A DNA stretch of 64,000 bases from an uncultured Gammaproteobacteria bacterium (GTDB lineage: Bacteria > Patescibacteriota > Microgenomatia > 2-02-FULL-39-11). The position numbers and the translations under genes were made by a program. Positions 18,873 to 29,006 of the stretch are shown here, in pieces; the stretch's first letter is position 1; each line of letters begins with the position of its first letter. The notes beneath the pieces were generated by a model, which saw only the letters and a list, made by a program, of their open reading frames with translations, was not told where the DNA came from and did not search any database. The stretch is taken from contig CAYUNW010000003.1 of the NCBI GenBank assembly GCA_964446235.1, positions 7,182-71,181 on the forward strand, read 5' to 3'.

Positions 18873-19923
18873 AAATTACGGGATAAGATTCCTTGACAGA
18901 ATTTGGCGTGATAAATATAACTTTGGCATATTTTTTCAAATCTTCTATGTTAGTCACACCCTGATACCACATAGCTCGGGTAACGCCTGTAAGTAGTTTA
19001 CGTATAATATTTGATAAACTACCACAATAAGTAACTGATGATGTAATTCCTTCTTCAAAAACATCATTTGACATTTTTAAACGATTTGTATTTTTGGGTA
19101 AATTTGGCTTTAAAGCATTATATGTTGTTGAGCCGGCGCTTATTTTATACTTTTTTTTATCAACGGTTTTGACTTTACTACTTGCTTCATCAGTTCCTGC
19201 AAAAAGTCCACCGATCATGACTGAATCAGCTCCAAAGACCAGCGCTTTTACAATATCAGCCGGATTTCTTATCCCACCATCTGAAATAATTGGAATATTA
19301 TATTTTATAGCTACATCAGCACATTCTTTTATCGCCGATAATTGCGGTCTGCCGATAGCAGTCATGAGTCTAGTAGTACAGTGTGATCCTGCGCCTATAC
19401 CAACTCTTATGTTATCCGCTCCCGCATGAATAAGATCCAGAACTGCTTGTTTGGTAACTACCACGCCTGCAGAAATTATTGTTTTAGGATATCTTTTTTT
19501 AAATTCTTTAATAAATTGGAAAACTTCTATCGAGTGAGCTTGAGCAGAATCAAGCAATAAAATATCCGCGCCAGACTGAAGCAGTTTTTGGTATTTAGAA
19601 ATTTTTCGTATATCAAAATCAATAATTGTTGCTCCTACCTTAACATGATGCAGTTTTGTCTCAAAAATTTGTTCCAATTGTTTGTCAAAATTCTGGTAAG
19701 GATGGATAAAACCAATCCCTCCCATTTTTCCGATGGCTACGGCCATTTTGGTTTCAGTGATATTTTTCATCGGCGCTGATGATAAGGGGATATTCAGCTT
19801 GATGTTTTTGGATATATTTGTCGTAAGATCAAATTTATTGTTTTTGAAATTTTCCGATAATGTAGATTTTCTAGGTAAAAGTAAAACATCGTCAAATGTG
19901 AACTCAATATTTTTATTAATCAT
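18856..19923 (-). CDS. IMP dehydrogenase/GMP reductase-family TIM-barrel enzyme (no CBS insert)
   Basis: FDDVLLLPR start, catalytic loop GIGAGSHCTTR, ISDGGIR, GADSVMIGG. Confidence 0.75.
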   Translation of the reverse strand: MINKNIEFTFDDVLLLPRKSTLSENFKNNKFDLTTNISKNIKLNIPLSSAPMKNITETKMAVAIGKMGGIGFIHPYQNFDKQLEQIFETKLHHVKVGATIIDFDIRKISKYQKLLQSGADILLLDSAQAHSIEVFQFIKEFKKRYPKTIISAGVVVTKQAVLDLIHAGADNIRVGIGAGSHCTTRLMTAIGRPQLSAIKECADVAIKYNIPIISDGGIRNPADIVKALVFGADSVMIGGLFAGTDEASSKVKTVDKKKYKISAGSTTYNALKPNLPKNTNRLKMSNDVFEEGITSSVTYCGSLSNIIRKLLTGVTRAMWYQGVTNIEDLKKYAKVIFITPNSVKESYPVIYENEL

Positions 19924-19927
19924 AAAA

Positions 19928-21241
19928 TTATTTCATTGAATATACCGGTGCAATATCCGCTCCAAATCTTTGCGCAAGGGAATATGTATAGGCTCCCTGA
20001 TTTGTAATCATAACAATATCTCCAATCTTAAATTTTTTCGCGTAAGCATAAAATCCCCAAAGATCTAATTGCTGAGTACATAATGAACCGTATATCCGAT
20101 AATTAATTTCTGAATTTGAAGGATTTGAGAGGTTTATTATAGGAGTGTAATCATATGTTCGGCTTCCGATATTTACTAAATTAAGTGATCCATTCAATAT
20201 AATTATATTATCTTTTATATCGGCAACAGTGCATATGATATTCATCACGTCAGTAACAATTGACTTGCCAGGTTCATAAAATAATTTAATTTTATAATTA
20301 TTAGGTATATTTAATTTTATACTATCGGTAATTTCTTTAGCGTAAGTATCAATGTTTATTACGGGAGGAAAATCATACTTTTTACGAAAGTTAATATTTC
20401 CGTCAATAATACTATTTACCATGGGGGATATAGTTCCATTTAGTAATTTCCATGGATAATATCCATATGAATTTTCTGATCGAAATCCACCACCAATATC
20501 AATAAATTCAATATTTTCAATCATTTCACTTGAAAACTTATTTTTTAGATAAGATCCTATTCGTCTAATATTGTCATGATAATGACTGATGTTTCCATTG
20601 CCACTGGTATGAAAATGAATACCGCTTAAATTGAGGTAGGGAATTTGTTTAAGAAGTGTCCACGCTTGATAGAGTTCTTGAATATTTATTCCAAATTTAT
20701 CCCATGATTTCGACTTGGCATCCTTGATTCTTATTCCGACTGTGATTTTTTTATTTGACGGTTTTGTTGATTTTAATAAGTTAATTTCATTCAAACTGTC
20801 AATAATAAGAATAATATTATTTTTGAGAGAAATAATACGATTTATATCATCTAGTGTTTTGCCAGGTCCATTGATAATAATATTTTTTGCCTTGGAATCG
20901 ATTGCGTTTTGCAGTTCCCAAAGAGAACCAACCTCCAATCCATACTGTTTTTGAAGCACCTGATCCAAAATTAACTTATGATAATTAGCTTTGATAGAAT
21001 AATATCCTTGTGATAATGGGTAATATTTATGGAAAGCTTTTTGGAATTTTACTAAATTGGTTTTAAGAGCTGCAATATCCAATAAGTAGAATGGTGTTGG
21101 GTATTTTTTTGTTATGGAAAGGATTTTTTTACTTAACTTGGTGTATTTACTTATATTAAATGGAGATTGAGAATGGAAAACAGGGTCATTTATATGTTTA
21201 ACAATATTTTTAAAAGGTTTTTTTTTGTTTGAAATAATCAT
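19928..21241 (-). CDS. PLP-dependent decarboxylase, Orn/DAP/Arg decarboxylase family
   Basis: YYSIKAN (PLP Lys), HFHTSGNG, GGGF, EPGKSIV, GSLCTQQLD. Confidence 0.75.
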   Translation of the reverse strand: MIISNKKKPFKNIVKHINDPVFHSQSPFNISKYTKLSKKILSITKKYPTPFYLLDIAALKTNLVKFQKAFHKYYPLSQGYYSIKANYHKLILDQVLQKQYGLEVGSLWELQNAIDSKAKNIIINGPGKTLDDINRIISLKNNIILIIDSLNEINLLKSTKPSNKKITVGIRIKDAKSKSWDKFGINIQELYQAWTLLKQIPYLNLSGIHFHTSGNGNISHYHDNIRRIGSYLKNKFSSEMIENIEFIDIGGGFRSENSYGYYPWKLLNGTISPMVNSIIDGNINFRKKYDFPPVINIDTYAKEITDSIKLNIPNNYKIKLFYEPGKSIVTDVMNIICTVADIKDNIIILNGSLNLVNIGSRTYDYTPIINLSNPSNSEINYRIYGSLCTQQLDLWGFYAYAKKFKIGDIVMITNQGAYTYSLAQRFGADIAPVYSMK

Positions 21242-21243
21242 GC

Positions 21244-22083
21244 TTATATATTATTTAGCATATTAAATACCTCATTTTCATTTATATTGAAATATAATTC
21301 GTAAAAATCATACTTATATATGATACTGTTTAAGGTTTTTAAGTATTCAGATAAATCTTTTTTTGGATATTCAAGAAAATTTTTGTTATATGTTGTGAGT
21401 TTAATTAAATTATTTAATACAGTTAATTTATTTTTTACTTTTATTAATCTACAAACAGGTGATTTGTGGATAAAAAAAATACTATTTATGTGAATGGGAG
21501 TATTATTTTTTTTCTGATAAATATTTCTTTGAATAAATGGAGTTTGGAATAAAAAAAACTTATCTCCGATTTTTCTAATTACGGTCATGTCATCATTGAG
21601 GGGAAGATAAGTTTTTGCTAATAGTTTAGCAATCGTAGATTTGCCTGAATTGCTTTCCCCCAAAAAGACAAATGCCCCCTTTTTAGTTAAACAACTTGAA
21701 GCATGAAGCGTAAGGCCATGATTAACCAAGAGTAAAGAATTGAAAATATTCCGTAGAATGATATCAAAAAGATCCATGCTTAAATAATAAAAGGAAGTGA
21801 ATTCAAACGAATTTTCGTGTAATAAAAACTCCAATAAATATTTTTTTTCCAGGTTTATTTTTTTTATGAAAATATCATTGGGAATATCTTTGATATTTAT
21901 AATGCAATGGATTTTTTCAGGATTTTTTTGAGTTAAATAGTTTTTTAAATATTTTTTTATAATCTTGATCAGTTTATTTTTGGAAAGATTATATTTTGTT
22001 TCATAAAAGTTAATTCGGAAATTGAATTGCGCAATTCCTGCCGTAATTGTATAAATTATTCTCATCAATGGATAATTTAGCAC
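21244..22083 (-). CDS. HPr-kinase-related P-loop protein
   Basis: LHASSC..KGAFVFLGESNSGKSTIA is typical of the HprK C-terminal-like fold found next to PqqD-type proteins. Confidence 0.6.
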   Translation of the reverse strand: MLNYPLMRIIYTITAGIAQFNFRINFYETKYNLSKNKLIKIIKKYLKNYLTQKNPEKIHCIINIKDIPNDIFIKKINLEKKYLLEFLLHENSFEFTSFYYLSMDLFDIILRNIFNSLLLVNHGLTLHASSCLTKKGAFVFLGESNSGKSTIAKLLAKTYLPLNDDMTVIRKIGDKFFLFQTPFIQRNIYQKKNNTPIHINSIFFIHKSPVCRLIKVKNKLTVLNNLIKLTTYNKNFLEYPKKDLSEYLKTLNSIIYKYDFYELYFNINENEVFNMLNNI

Positions 22084-22119
22084 AAAAATATTATAGTTTT
22101 GAAGCAGAACTAAATAAAT

Positions 22120-22383
22120 CTATTCAATAACTTTTTTCTTTTTCAGAGTATTTATAAATTCTTTAACATCTTTAATTGCCTTCGTTTTTTCGACTGTATA
22201 AGATTTGGACAGTTTTTCGGCAATATTGTCAATATCTTCACCTCTTTTTAGGCAGTTGAAAATATATGATGCGGTGTCATTAAGATTCAAAAGACAGGAT
22301 TTTTCACTGTCAAAAATAACCGTTTGTTTATCCAGTTTTTGTACCAGTAACCCTTTTTTCAATTTAAACTTATTTTTTGCCAT
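22120..22383 (-). CDS. PqqD-family protein (RiPP recognition element-like)
   Basis: 87 aa. ..LLNLNDTASYIFNCLKRGEDIDNIAEKLSKSYTVEKTKAIKDVKEFINTLKKKKVI matches the PqqD size and pattern. Confidence 0.65.
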   Translation of the reverse strand: MAKNKFKLKKGLLVQKLDKQTVIFDSEKSCLLNLNDTASYIFNCLKRGEDIDNIAEKLSKSYTVEKTKAIKDVKEFINTLKKKKVIE

Positions 22384-22495
22384 AATTTATTAAAAAACAG
22401 GATAGCATTTATTGAATAAAATATAAAGCATAACACTTCATTTTTCTTTTTAAGTTAGACGTATTAAGATATAATACATTCTGTTTATTTAGATA

Positions 22496-22582
22496 GGAGA
22501 GGTGTCGGAGTGGTTGAACGAGCTGGTCTTGAAAACCAGTATAAGGGCAACCTTATCGCGAGTTCGAATCTCGCCCTCTCCG
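22496..22582 (+). tRNA. tRNA-Ser (anticodon UGA)
   Basis: Acceptor GGAGAGG/CCTCTCC, anticodon stem CTGGT/ACCAG with loop CTTGAAA, long variable arm, T-loop AGTTCGAATCT. Confidence 0.9.
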
Positions 22583-22672
22583 CAAAAAAACGTTATTCTA
22601 ATTTTAGCTATTGAATTTTTCCCGTCTTATGCTATAAGTATTTTATTAGGAAATTTATTAAGGGAGGTTTTT

Positions 22673-23491
22673 ATGGCAGAACATCATTCTTCTGACGATA
22701 TGCAAACTATAGATCTAACAAAAAATAAATTCGTCTGGATTATTGGAATTGTAGTTTTATTGGCAATAGCAGCTTTTGCGGTCAAGGCAATATTTTTTGC
22801 AGGCGGAGAATATCGGGTGACATTGATTGACGGTCCTAAAGAAGGTGCGGCTGGTAATGTCACTACTTTTACCTGGAGAGTAGATGGACCTCCGGCGGTG
22901 ATAAATCATACTTCCGTACATTATGGATTGGAATCTAATCCCGGAGAACTAGGTAAAGAAGTTAAACCTGCGGATACAAAATATACGGACTTCGTGAAAG
23001 ATTTTGCCAACGGATCATTTAATATCCCTTTGCAATTTATCGGCAACACAGTCATGCCACAGGCCGGAAAATATTATTTCAGAGTGCATGCTGTGATAAA
23101 GGATAAGAATTACTGGTCTGATGAATATACAATAGATGTCAAACCTGCAGAACATAGGGTTTCAGCTGTCAATATACCTGCAGAAATTGCTCCCGGAGTC
23201 GTAGCAACTTTCACTTGGAGAGTAGATGGACCTCCTACAAAAATTTCTTCTACGACAGTATATTACGGGGAGGCATCTGAAGCCGGTAAATTAGGTAAAG
23301 ATATCAAACCAGCCGATACGAGCTATACCGAAAGTGTCAAAGACTTTATCAAAGGGGAATATGATATTCCGCTTCAGTTTGTCGGTAACACAACCACTCC
23401 GAAAAAATCCGGTACATATTATTACAGAGTATATGCATTAGTGGGAAGTGATAATCTCTGGAGCGATGAGGGTACCTTCACTATCAAGTAA
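22673..23491 (+). CDS. Membrane-anchored protein with two copies of a roughly 105-aa beta-rich repeat
   Basis: AGGGAGG RBS and ATG at 22673. The repeat FTWRVDGPP..YYG..GKLGK..KPADT..VKDF..G.Y.IPLQF(I/V)GNT..G.YY.RV.A..W(S)DE occurs twice. Paralogue at 58577-59527. Confidence 0.6.
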   Translation: MAEHHSSDDMQTIDLTKNKFVWIIGIVVLLAIAAFAVKAIFFAGGEYRVTLIDGPKEGAAGNVTTFTWRVDGPPAVINHTSVHYGLESNPGELGKEVKPADTKYTDFVKDFANGSFNIPLQFIGNTVMPQAGKYYFRVHAVIKDKNYWSDEYTIDVKPAEHRVSAVNIPAEIAPGVVATFTWRVDGPPTKISSTTVYYGEASEAGKLGKDIKPADTSYTESVKDFIKGEYDIPLQFVGNTTTPKKSGTYYYRVYALVGSDNLWSDEGTFTIK

Positions 23492-23510
23492 TTTAATACA
23501 GTTATGTTTA

Positions 23511-23888
23511 TTAAGGTGAAGGAGTAATACTTATTACACCCCATTCACTACATATTCTGTATTGGACTGTTTTGATTTGGCTTTGAGTCATATTTGTGAC
23601 TTCGTTCTGCATTTTTTCCAGAACAGTTCTTTCTACCTCAATAATTTTTTGTGTTACAGTATCTTTTGCCGTGTTTAAAGAGCTTTGAATAGCCGCTTCA
23701 AATTCTTTTGGTTTTTCTTCAGGGTTTTGGATGGTTTTTATTATTTCTCCAAGCACACTGGGTTTTGACCCGCTATCATCTTTGGATAATTTTTCGATGA
23801 AGCGAGTTGTTATGATTCCAGCGATAAAAAATAGTAAAGCTATTGTCAGATATACAAAAATAGTTTGCGTTTTCTCTTTTTGTGCCAT
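23511..23888 (-). CDS. Single-TM hypothetical protein
   Basis: 125 aa with an N-terminal TM. Confidence 0.35.
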   Translation of the reverse strand: MAQKEKTQTIFVYLTIALLFFIAGIITTRFIEKLSKDDSGSKPSVLGEIIKTIQNPEEKPKEFEAAIQSSLNTAKDTVTQKIIEVERTVLEKMQNEVTNMTQSQIKTVQYRICSEWGVISITPSP

Positions 23889-23897
23889 AACAGTATT

Positions 23898-24659
23898 TTA
23901 CAATACTTGTTTAATATTTTTTAAGTTTTGTATCATTTTGTCATAAGCAGAATTCAAATTTTTTTTATTGTCGTATTTGTCCAATAGTTTATTCATATAA
24001 TAAGGTTTTTTTGATTTCAAATAGCTGATTTCTTCTATAAGTACAGGCATGGCTCTTGTGAGATTATCTACAATTGTGATATAGGCATTTCTGGCTGTTC
24101 TAGATAGGGGATTTAAGTCTACAGCTATTACTTTTTTACCTAGTTTTGAAAGCACTTCACATCTATCACCATCCTCAAGCGGTACAAATACCGTATCAGC
24201 TTTTTTGATACCGTTATTTAATACGATGGATCTGGGGCTTTGGATATTCGGTATGAAAGTTCTGTTTTTATAGGTACTTTGTAAAATAAATTTTCGGTCG
24301 AATTTTGATAGGTAATTTTCAATTAGTTTGACTCTTTTTTCACTTCTATGGAATAGATTGACTTCCACCTTTGAGTTAATCAGTTTTGCCAGTGTGACAA
24401 ACTCTTTGCCTGCTAAAGCAGCGGAATTGCCATTTATTGAGATGATTGGGGTTTTTGCTAAAAGCAAACATGCAGCAGCAGCTTTGATAGCCTTTATTGC
24501 AAAGTGGTTGGTTTTTTCGCCCAATAGATAGTCAAATGTTTCTCCTCTGCCGTGCGCAAGTAAACCCGCTTGGGAAGTAATGCCTTTTTTTAAACCATCT
24601 ACCAGTTTTTCTCTTATTACCAGGGAAGCATATCTTGGATGACTGGGATTGACTCTCAT
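23898..24659 (-). CDS. Archaeal-type phosphopantothenate synthetase (4-phosphopantoate--beta-alanine ligase)
   Basis: HPRYASLVIREKLV.G...GI....GLLAHGRGETFDYLLGEKT matches the conserved N-terminus of the archaeal PPS family. Confidence 0.7.
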   Translation of the reverse strand: MRVNPSHPRYASLVIREKLVDGLKKGITSQAGLLAHGRGETFDYLLGEKTNHFAIKAIKAAAACLLLAKTPIISINGNSAALAGKEFVTLAKLINSKVEVNLFHRSEKRVKLIENYLSKFDRKFILQSTYKNRTFIPNIQSPRSIVLNNGIKKADTVFVPLEDGDRCEVLSKLGKKVIAVDLNPLSRTARNAYITIVDNLTRAMPVLIEEISYLKSKKPYYMNKLLDKYDNKKNLNSAYDKMIQNLKNIKQVL

Positions 24660-25501
24660 AATCTAATTGAGTGATTTATATCGGTGATTTTTAATTTTTG
24701 GATAGGATAAGATAATTTTAGTTTGGGTTGCCGGTCTGTAATGATTACTTTTCCAAGCATATTTACCGAACAGGAAACCCCGTCTTTTTTAAGTAGTTTT
24801 ATGATATTTAACATTTCTTTATCAGTTAATATTTCCGATTTTATGGCAAATTCTAATGATTTGTCTAAAGCATCTGATAATGTTAGTTTGTCTTTATTTG
24901 CCAAAATATTACCCAAAATTTCCCGGGCAACCTTGTTTATCGTTTTAACTTTTTGATTATCGGTCAAAACGGTTGGTGTTTCAAGCTTGTCTATGATAAT
25001 TGCATACAGAAATTTATCACAAAAAGGAAAAGAGATAAATCTGGTAGGAATTCCCGGTTTGGTTTTGACCAAAAAACCACCGGTAATTTGGGTAGCCACA
25101 CTGCCAAGTCCGGTATGTTCTATAATTTCCGATTTGTGGGCAATAATGATAAGTTTTTGGGTTGATAAACCCAGCTTGAATAATTTATTGACTGCATCCA
25201 GGCTAGCAAGTGTTGCAGAGGCACTAATTCCGAATCCATAACCTAAAGGAAGCATCGAAGAGATTTCCAAACGGGTATTTTTCAGCCCGATCATTTTCAT
25301 TGCAGTTATTAAAGTGGGAAATCTGATTTTTCGTTTATTGAAGTAAATTTCCTGACTGGTATTTTTCTGGGCTAAGACTTGCACATTTTTGTCTACAGTA
25401 CAACCCATACCGATTGATCCTGCATGAACCAGATTTTTATGTGGTATGGACTGAAATATGAAACTTAAACTTGCCGGACAAACGGATATTTGACTGCTCA
25501 T
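24656..25501 (-). CDS. Archaeal-type pantoate kinase (GHMP family)
   Basis: GHMP motif LPLGYGFGISASATLA and EHTGLGSVATQITGG. 4-nt overlap with the PPS gene. Confidence 0.65.
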   Translation of the reverse strand: MSSQISVCPASLSFIFQSIPHKNLVHAGSIGMGCTVDKNVQVLAQKNTSQEIYFNKRKIRFPTLITAMKMIGLKNTRLEISSMLPLGYGFGISASATLASLDAVNKLFKLGLSTQKLIIIAHKSEIIEHTGLGSVATQITGGFLVKTKPGIPTRFISFPFCDKFLYAIIIDKLETPTVLTDNQKVKTINKVAREILGNILANKDKLTLSDALDKSLEFAIKSEILTDKEMLNIIKLLKKDGVSCSVNMLGKVIITDRQPKLKLSYPIQKLKITDINHSIRL

Positions 25502-25595
25502 TGCAGATGTTATTATACCTTGTAAGGCTTTTGCTTGTTTTCTTAAACAGTTATATTCAAATATCTGTGCTAAAATATTGTCGGATTGGGAGTAT

Positions 25596-27389
25596 ATGAC
25601 AGATATAGAGCTTATAAAATCAAAAATAGATATTGTTTCTTTTATCTCCGAATATGTTCAATTGAAAAAAAGCGGCCATAATTTCAAAGCCAGATGCCCT
25701 TTTCACGGTGAGAAAACCCCCTCATTTTATGTTTCCCCGGAGCGTCAGGCTTGGTATTGTTTCGGTGCCTGTGCTACAGGTGGTGACATCATATCTTTTT
25801 TACAGAAATGGGACAATTTGGAGTTTTTAGAAGCTTTGAAGATTTTAGCCGATAAGGCAGGAGTGCGTTTAAGCCGGATGGAACCGCCTCAAAGTACTCA
25901 AAAAAAAGAAAAAATATTTGAGATAAACCATCTGACCAGCGAATTTTTTCATTATCTGTTAACCCAGCATAAACTTGGTAAAAAAGCGATGGATTATCTG
26001 AAAGAGCGGGGAATAAGTGACAAAATTATTCAGACTTTCATGCTTGGATATGCACCTTTAAGCTGGGAAAGCACTTTGAAGTTTTTACAAAAAAAAGGAT
26101 TTTCCAATCAGGATATACAAAATTCCGGATTAATTGTATCTGGAAACCAGGGTAGATTTTACGATCGTTTTAGAGGTAGATTGATCTTTACCCTAAAAAA
26201 CGTTCATGGACAGATCATCGGATTTTCAGGTCGTGTTTTACCCGGTATGGATGAAAAGAGTGCTAAATATATAAATTCCCCGGAAACAGCGGTTTATAAC
26301 AAGGGAAGTACGCTATATGGTCTTGATGTGACACGGGATTTTATCAAAAAAGCCAACAGTGCAGTGGTAGTAGAGGGGGAGTTTGATCTTTTAAGTTCAT
26401 ATCAAGCCGGAGTTACCAATGTTGTAGCGATTAAAGGATCTGCTTTTACCGAACAGCAGGCTTTGCTTATCAAAAGGTACACTGAGAATTTAAAGCTTGC
26501 ACTGGATGCGGATTTTGCCGGAAACGAAGCTGCCAAAAGGGGCATAGAGATACTTGACGGTTTAGGTTTGGATGTTCGGGTGATCAAATTGCCTGTCGGA
26601 AAAGATCCGGCAGAATGTATAGAAAAAGGAATTTATTTATGGAAAGAGGCAGTTGAAAAACCGATACCGGTTTATGATTTCATCATTGAAAGTGCTTTTG
26701 CCAAATACAACCCAAAAGATCCGTCAGGCAAAAAAAAGATTTCAGGAGAGGCATTGGGTGTGATCTCAAAAATCAATAATCCTATCATTCAATCCCATTA
26801 TCTTCGGGATTTGGCTACTAGACTTGATGTAAATGAAGACTCTATAGTCAGTGCTATGAAAAAATTGGAAAAAGGTGAGAAGCCGCAAGTTATCAACTTC
26901 ACAAGTGTAAATAAAATCAAAAGGGAAGAGATGCTGGAGGAGCATTTGCTTGCTTTAGTCATGCAATCAGATCGTCCGAATGAATACTTGGAAGAAATTA
27001 ATCAAAGAATACAGCTTTCTGATTATTACAGTCCGGCTGTCAGAATGATCTATGAAAACCTGGTTTCATATTTTAAAACAAGGGAAGATATTGATTTAAG
27101 TGTATTCAGTAGTTCCTTATCTAAAGAAACCATTCCGATTTTTGACAAAATTTGTCTTTACGATCTGGAAAAGCTAAAAAAGGATCCAATCAGGTACAAA
27201 CAGGAGATTTTGTATACTGTTAAAGAAATAATCCGCCTTTCAACCAGAAGGAGAATTGAACAAATTACGACTAAAATAAGGGAAAACGAAAAGTCGGATC
27301 CGCAAAAAGATACAGACACACTAAATATTGAGTTGAAAGCGTTATTGGAAAGACTGAGCTTACTTGATAAAGAAAATCAATCCATGTAA
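25596..27389 (+). CDS. dnaG: DNA primase
   Basis: Zinc finger [18 protein letters not shown] and TOPRIM EGEFD..DAD.AG. ATG at 25596 (the track ORF starts at TTG 25578). Confidence 0.9.
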   Translation: MTDIELIKSKIDIVSFISEYVQLKKSGHNFKARCPFHGEKTPSFYVSPERQAWYCFGACATGGDIISFLQKWDNLEFLEALKILADKAGVRLSRMEPPQSTQKKEKIFEINHLTSEFFHYLLTQHKLGKKAMDYLKERGISDKIIQTFMLGYAPLSWESTLKFLQKKGFSNQDIQNSGLIVSGNQGRFYDRFRGRLIFTLKNVHGQIIGFSGRVLPGMDEKSAKYINSPETAVYNKGSTLYGLDVTRDFIKKANSAVVVEGEFDLLSSYQAGVTNVVAIKGSAFTEQQALLIKRYTENLKLALDADFAGNEAAKRGIEILDGLGLDVRVIKLPVGKDPAECIEKGIYLWKEAVEKPIPVYDFIIESAFAKYNPKDPSGKKKISGEALGVISKINNPIIQSHYLRDLATRLDVNEDSIVSAMKKLEKGEKPQVINFTSVNKIKREEMLEEHLLALVMQSDRPNEYLEEINQRIQLSDYYSPAVRMIYENLVSYFKTREDIDLSVFSSSLSKETIPIFDKICLYDLEKLKKDPIRYKQEILYTVKEIIRLSTRRRIEQITTKIRENEKSDPQKDTDTLNIELKALLERLSLLDKENQSM

Positions 27390-27405
27390 ACTAGGGAGAT
27401 TCTTT

Positions 27406-28497
27406 ATGGCAAAAATTAAACTGGACAAAGAAATAAAAGACTTAATAAAAAAAGGCAAATCATCAGGTTTTATCACTCAGGATGAGATTTTGTCAGTAAT
27501 TCCAAAACCGGAAAACAAGCTAGAAATAGTAGATGAATTGTTTGTTCATCTGATAAAAGCCGGAGTGGATGTATTTGAGACGACATCCGATGATGAAGAA
27601 CGTGAAGTTCAAAAAGCGGTTACCGAGCTAGAAAAGGAATTGGAGTCTTTGACAGTCATCCATGAAGGTGGTATTTCCGATCCCGTCAGGATGTATCTGA
27701 AAGAGATAGGTCGGACGCCTTTGTTGAAATTTGAACAGGAAATAGATTTGGCAAAAAGATATGAGAAAGGCGAACGGGCAGCCAAGCAGAAACTTATTGA
27801 GTCAAATTTGAGGCTGGTTGTTTCTATCGCTAAAAAATATATAGGTAGAGGTTTATCTTTGTTGGATTTGATCCAAGAGGGGAATCAGGGATTAATCAGG
27901 GCTGTTGAAAAATATGATTGGAGAAAAGGATATAAATTTTCTACTTATGCTACCTGGTGGATCAGGCAAGCTATCACCAGAGCTATTGCCGATCAAGCCA
28001 GAACGATCAGGATACCTGTGCACATGGTGGAAACCATTAACAGGTTTTTGAAAATCTCCAGAAAATTGATGCAGGAGCTTGGTCGGGAGCCGACTCCTGA
28101 GGAAATTGCAACTGTCATGGAGATAGAAGTATCCAAAGTCAGGGAAATTATGAAGGTGTCTCAGGAACCGACATCGCTTGCTACTCCGGTGGGAGATGAT
28201 GAAGATTCTTTTTTGGGAGATTTCATACAGGATACCAGTCAGCCGTCACCGGATGATGCCGCTTCTCGAGAATTACTCAAAGAACATCTGGAAGAAGTGC
28301 TTTATACACTTTCGGATAGGGAAAAAAGGGTATTGATATTGCGGTTTGGTCTTGAAGACGGTAAACCCAGAACGCTCGAAGAAGTTGGAATGGAATTTGG
28401 TGTCACCAGAGAGCGTATCAGGCAGATTGAAGCCAAAGCTCTACGTAAACTTCGACATCCATCAAGAAGCAAGAAACTTAAGGATTATCTAGAATAG
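27406..28497 (+). CDS. rpoD: RNA polymerase sigma-70 factor
   Basis: [55 protein letters not shown], and region 4 [18 protein letters not shown]. Confidence 0.95.
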   Translation: MAKIKLDKEIKDLIKKGKSSGFITQDEILSVIPKPENKLEIVDELFVHLIKAGVDVFETTSDDEEREVQKAVTELEKELESLTVIHEGGISDPVRMYLKEIGRTPLLKFEQEIDLAKRYEKGERAAKQKLIESNLRLVVSIAKKYIGRGLSLLDLIQEGNQGLIRAVEKYDWRKGYKFSTYATWWIRQAITRAIADQARTIRIPVHMVETINRFLKISRKLMQELGREPTPEEIATVMEIEVSKVREIMKVSQEPTSLATPVGDDEDSFLGDFIQDTSQPSPDDAASRELLKEHLEEVLYTLSDREKRVLILRFGLEDGKPRTLEEVGMEFGVTRERIRQIEAKALRKLRHPSRSKKLKDYLE

Positions 28498-28499
28498 CC

Positions 28500-29006
28500 T
28501 CATTTAGCCAATAGGTATATCGCTACAAGGGAAAGTAACACTCCGATAATTTTTGTCAAACTTAACTGTTCTTTTAAAAAAACTACAGCAAGCAGTATAG
28601 TCAAAGCAGGATACAAAGCAGTAAGAGGAGCAATGACAGATGCTTCCTGTTTGGCAATCAGATAATAATAGGTGATAGCACCTACAGAGCCGGTAACACC
28701 TGCTAGTATGGCTAGCATAATACCGTCTTTATTCAAATGAATATTGGCAATCAGATTTTTGGATTTAAATATCAAAAGGGAATATATAAGCACTGCCGGG
28801 ACATAACCGATGATATCCCAGAATATGCTTTGGGCTCCGATTTTGTTGGCTGCCATTTTGGCAAAAAACCCGCCCAAGCCCCAGCCTAAGAAGCATAGCA
28901 GAAAAACAAAAAAAGTGATTGCGTCCACGAATAGATTATATGTAAAAGAATTAGATTTTCCAACTGGAAACTGATAAATCAACTTTGTTTTTCTTAAATA
29001 CGACAC
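28500..29006 (-). CDS. EamA-like (DMT superfamily) small membrane transporter
   Basis: Five hydrophobic helices in a single EamA-type half. The start is uncertain because the ORF overlaps the ogt-like gene by 56 nt. Confidence 0.5.
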   Translation of the reverse strand: MSYLRKTKLIYQFPVGKSNSFTYNLFVDAITFFVFLLCFLGWGLGGFFAKMAANKIGAQSIFWDIIGYVPAVLIYSLLIFKSKNLIANIHLNKDGIMLAILAGVTGSVGAITYYYLIAKQEASVIAPLTALYPALTILLAVVFLKEQLSLTKIIGVLLSLVAIYLLAK

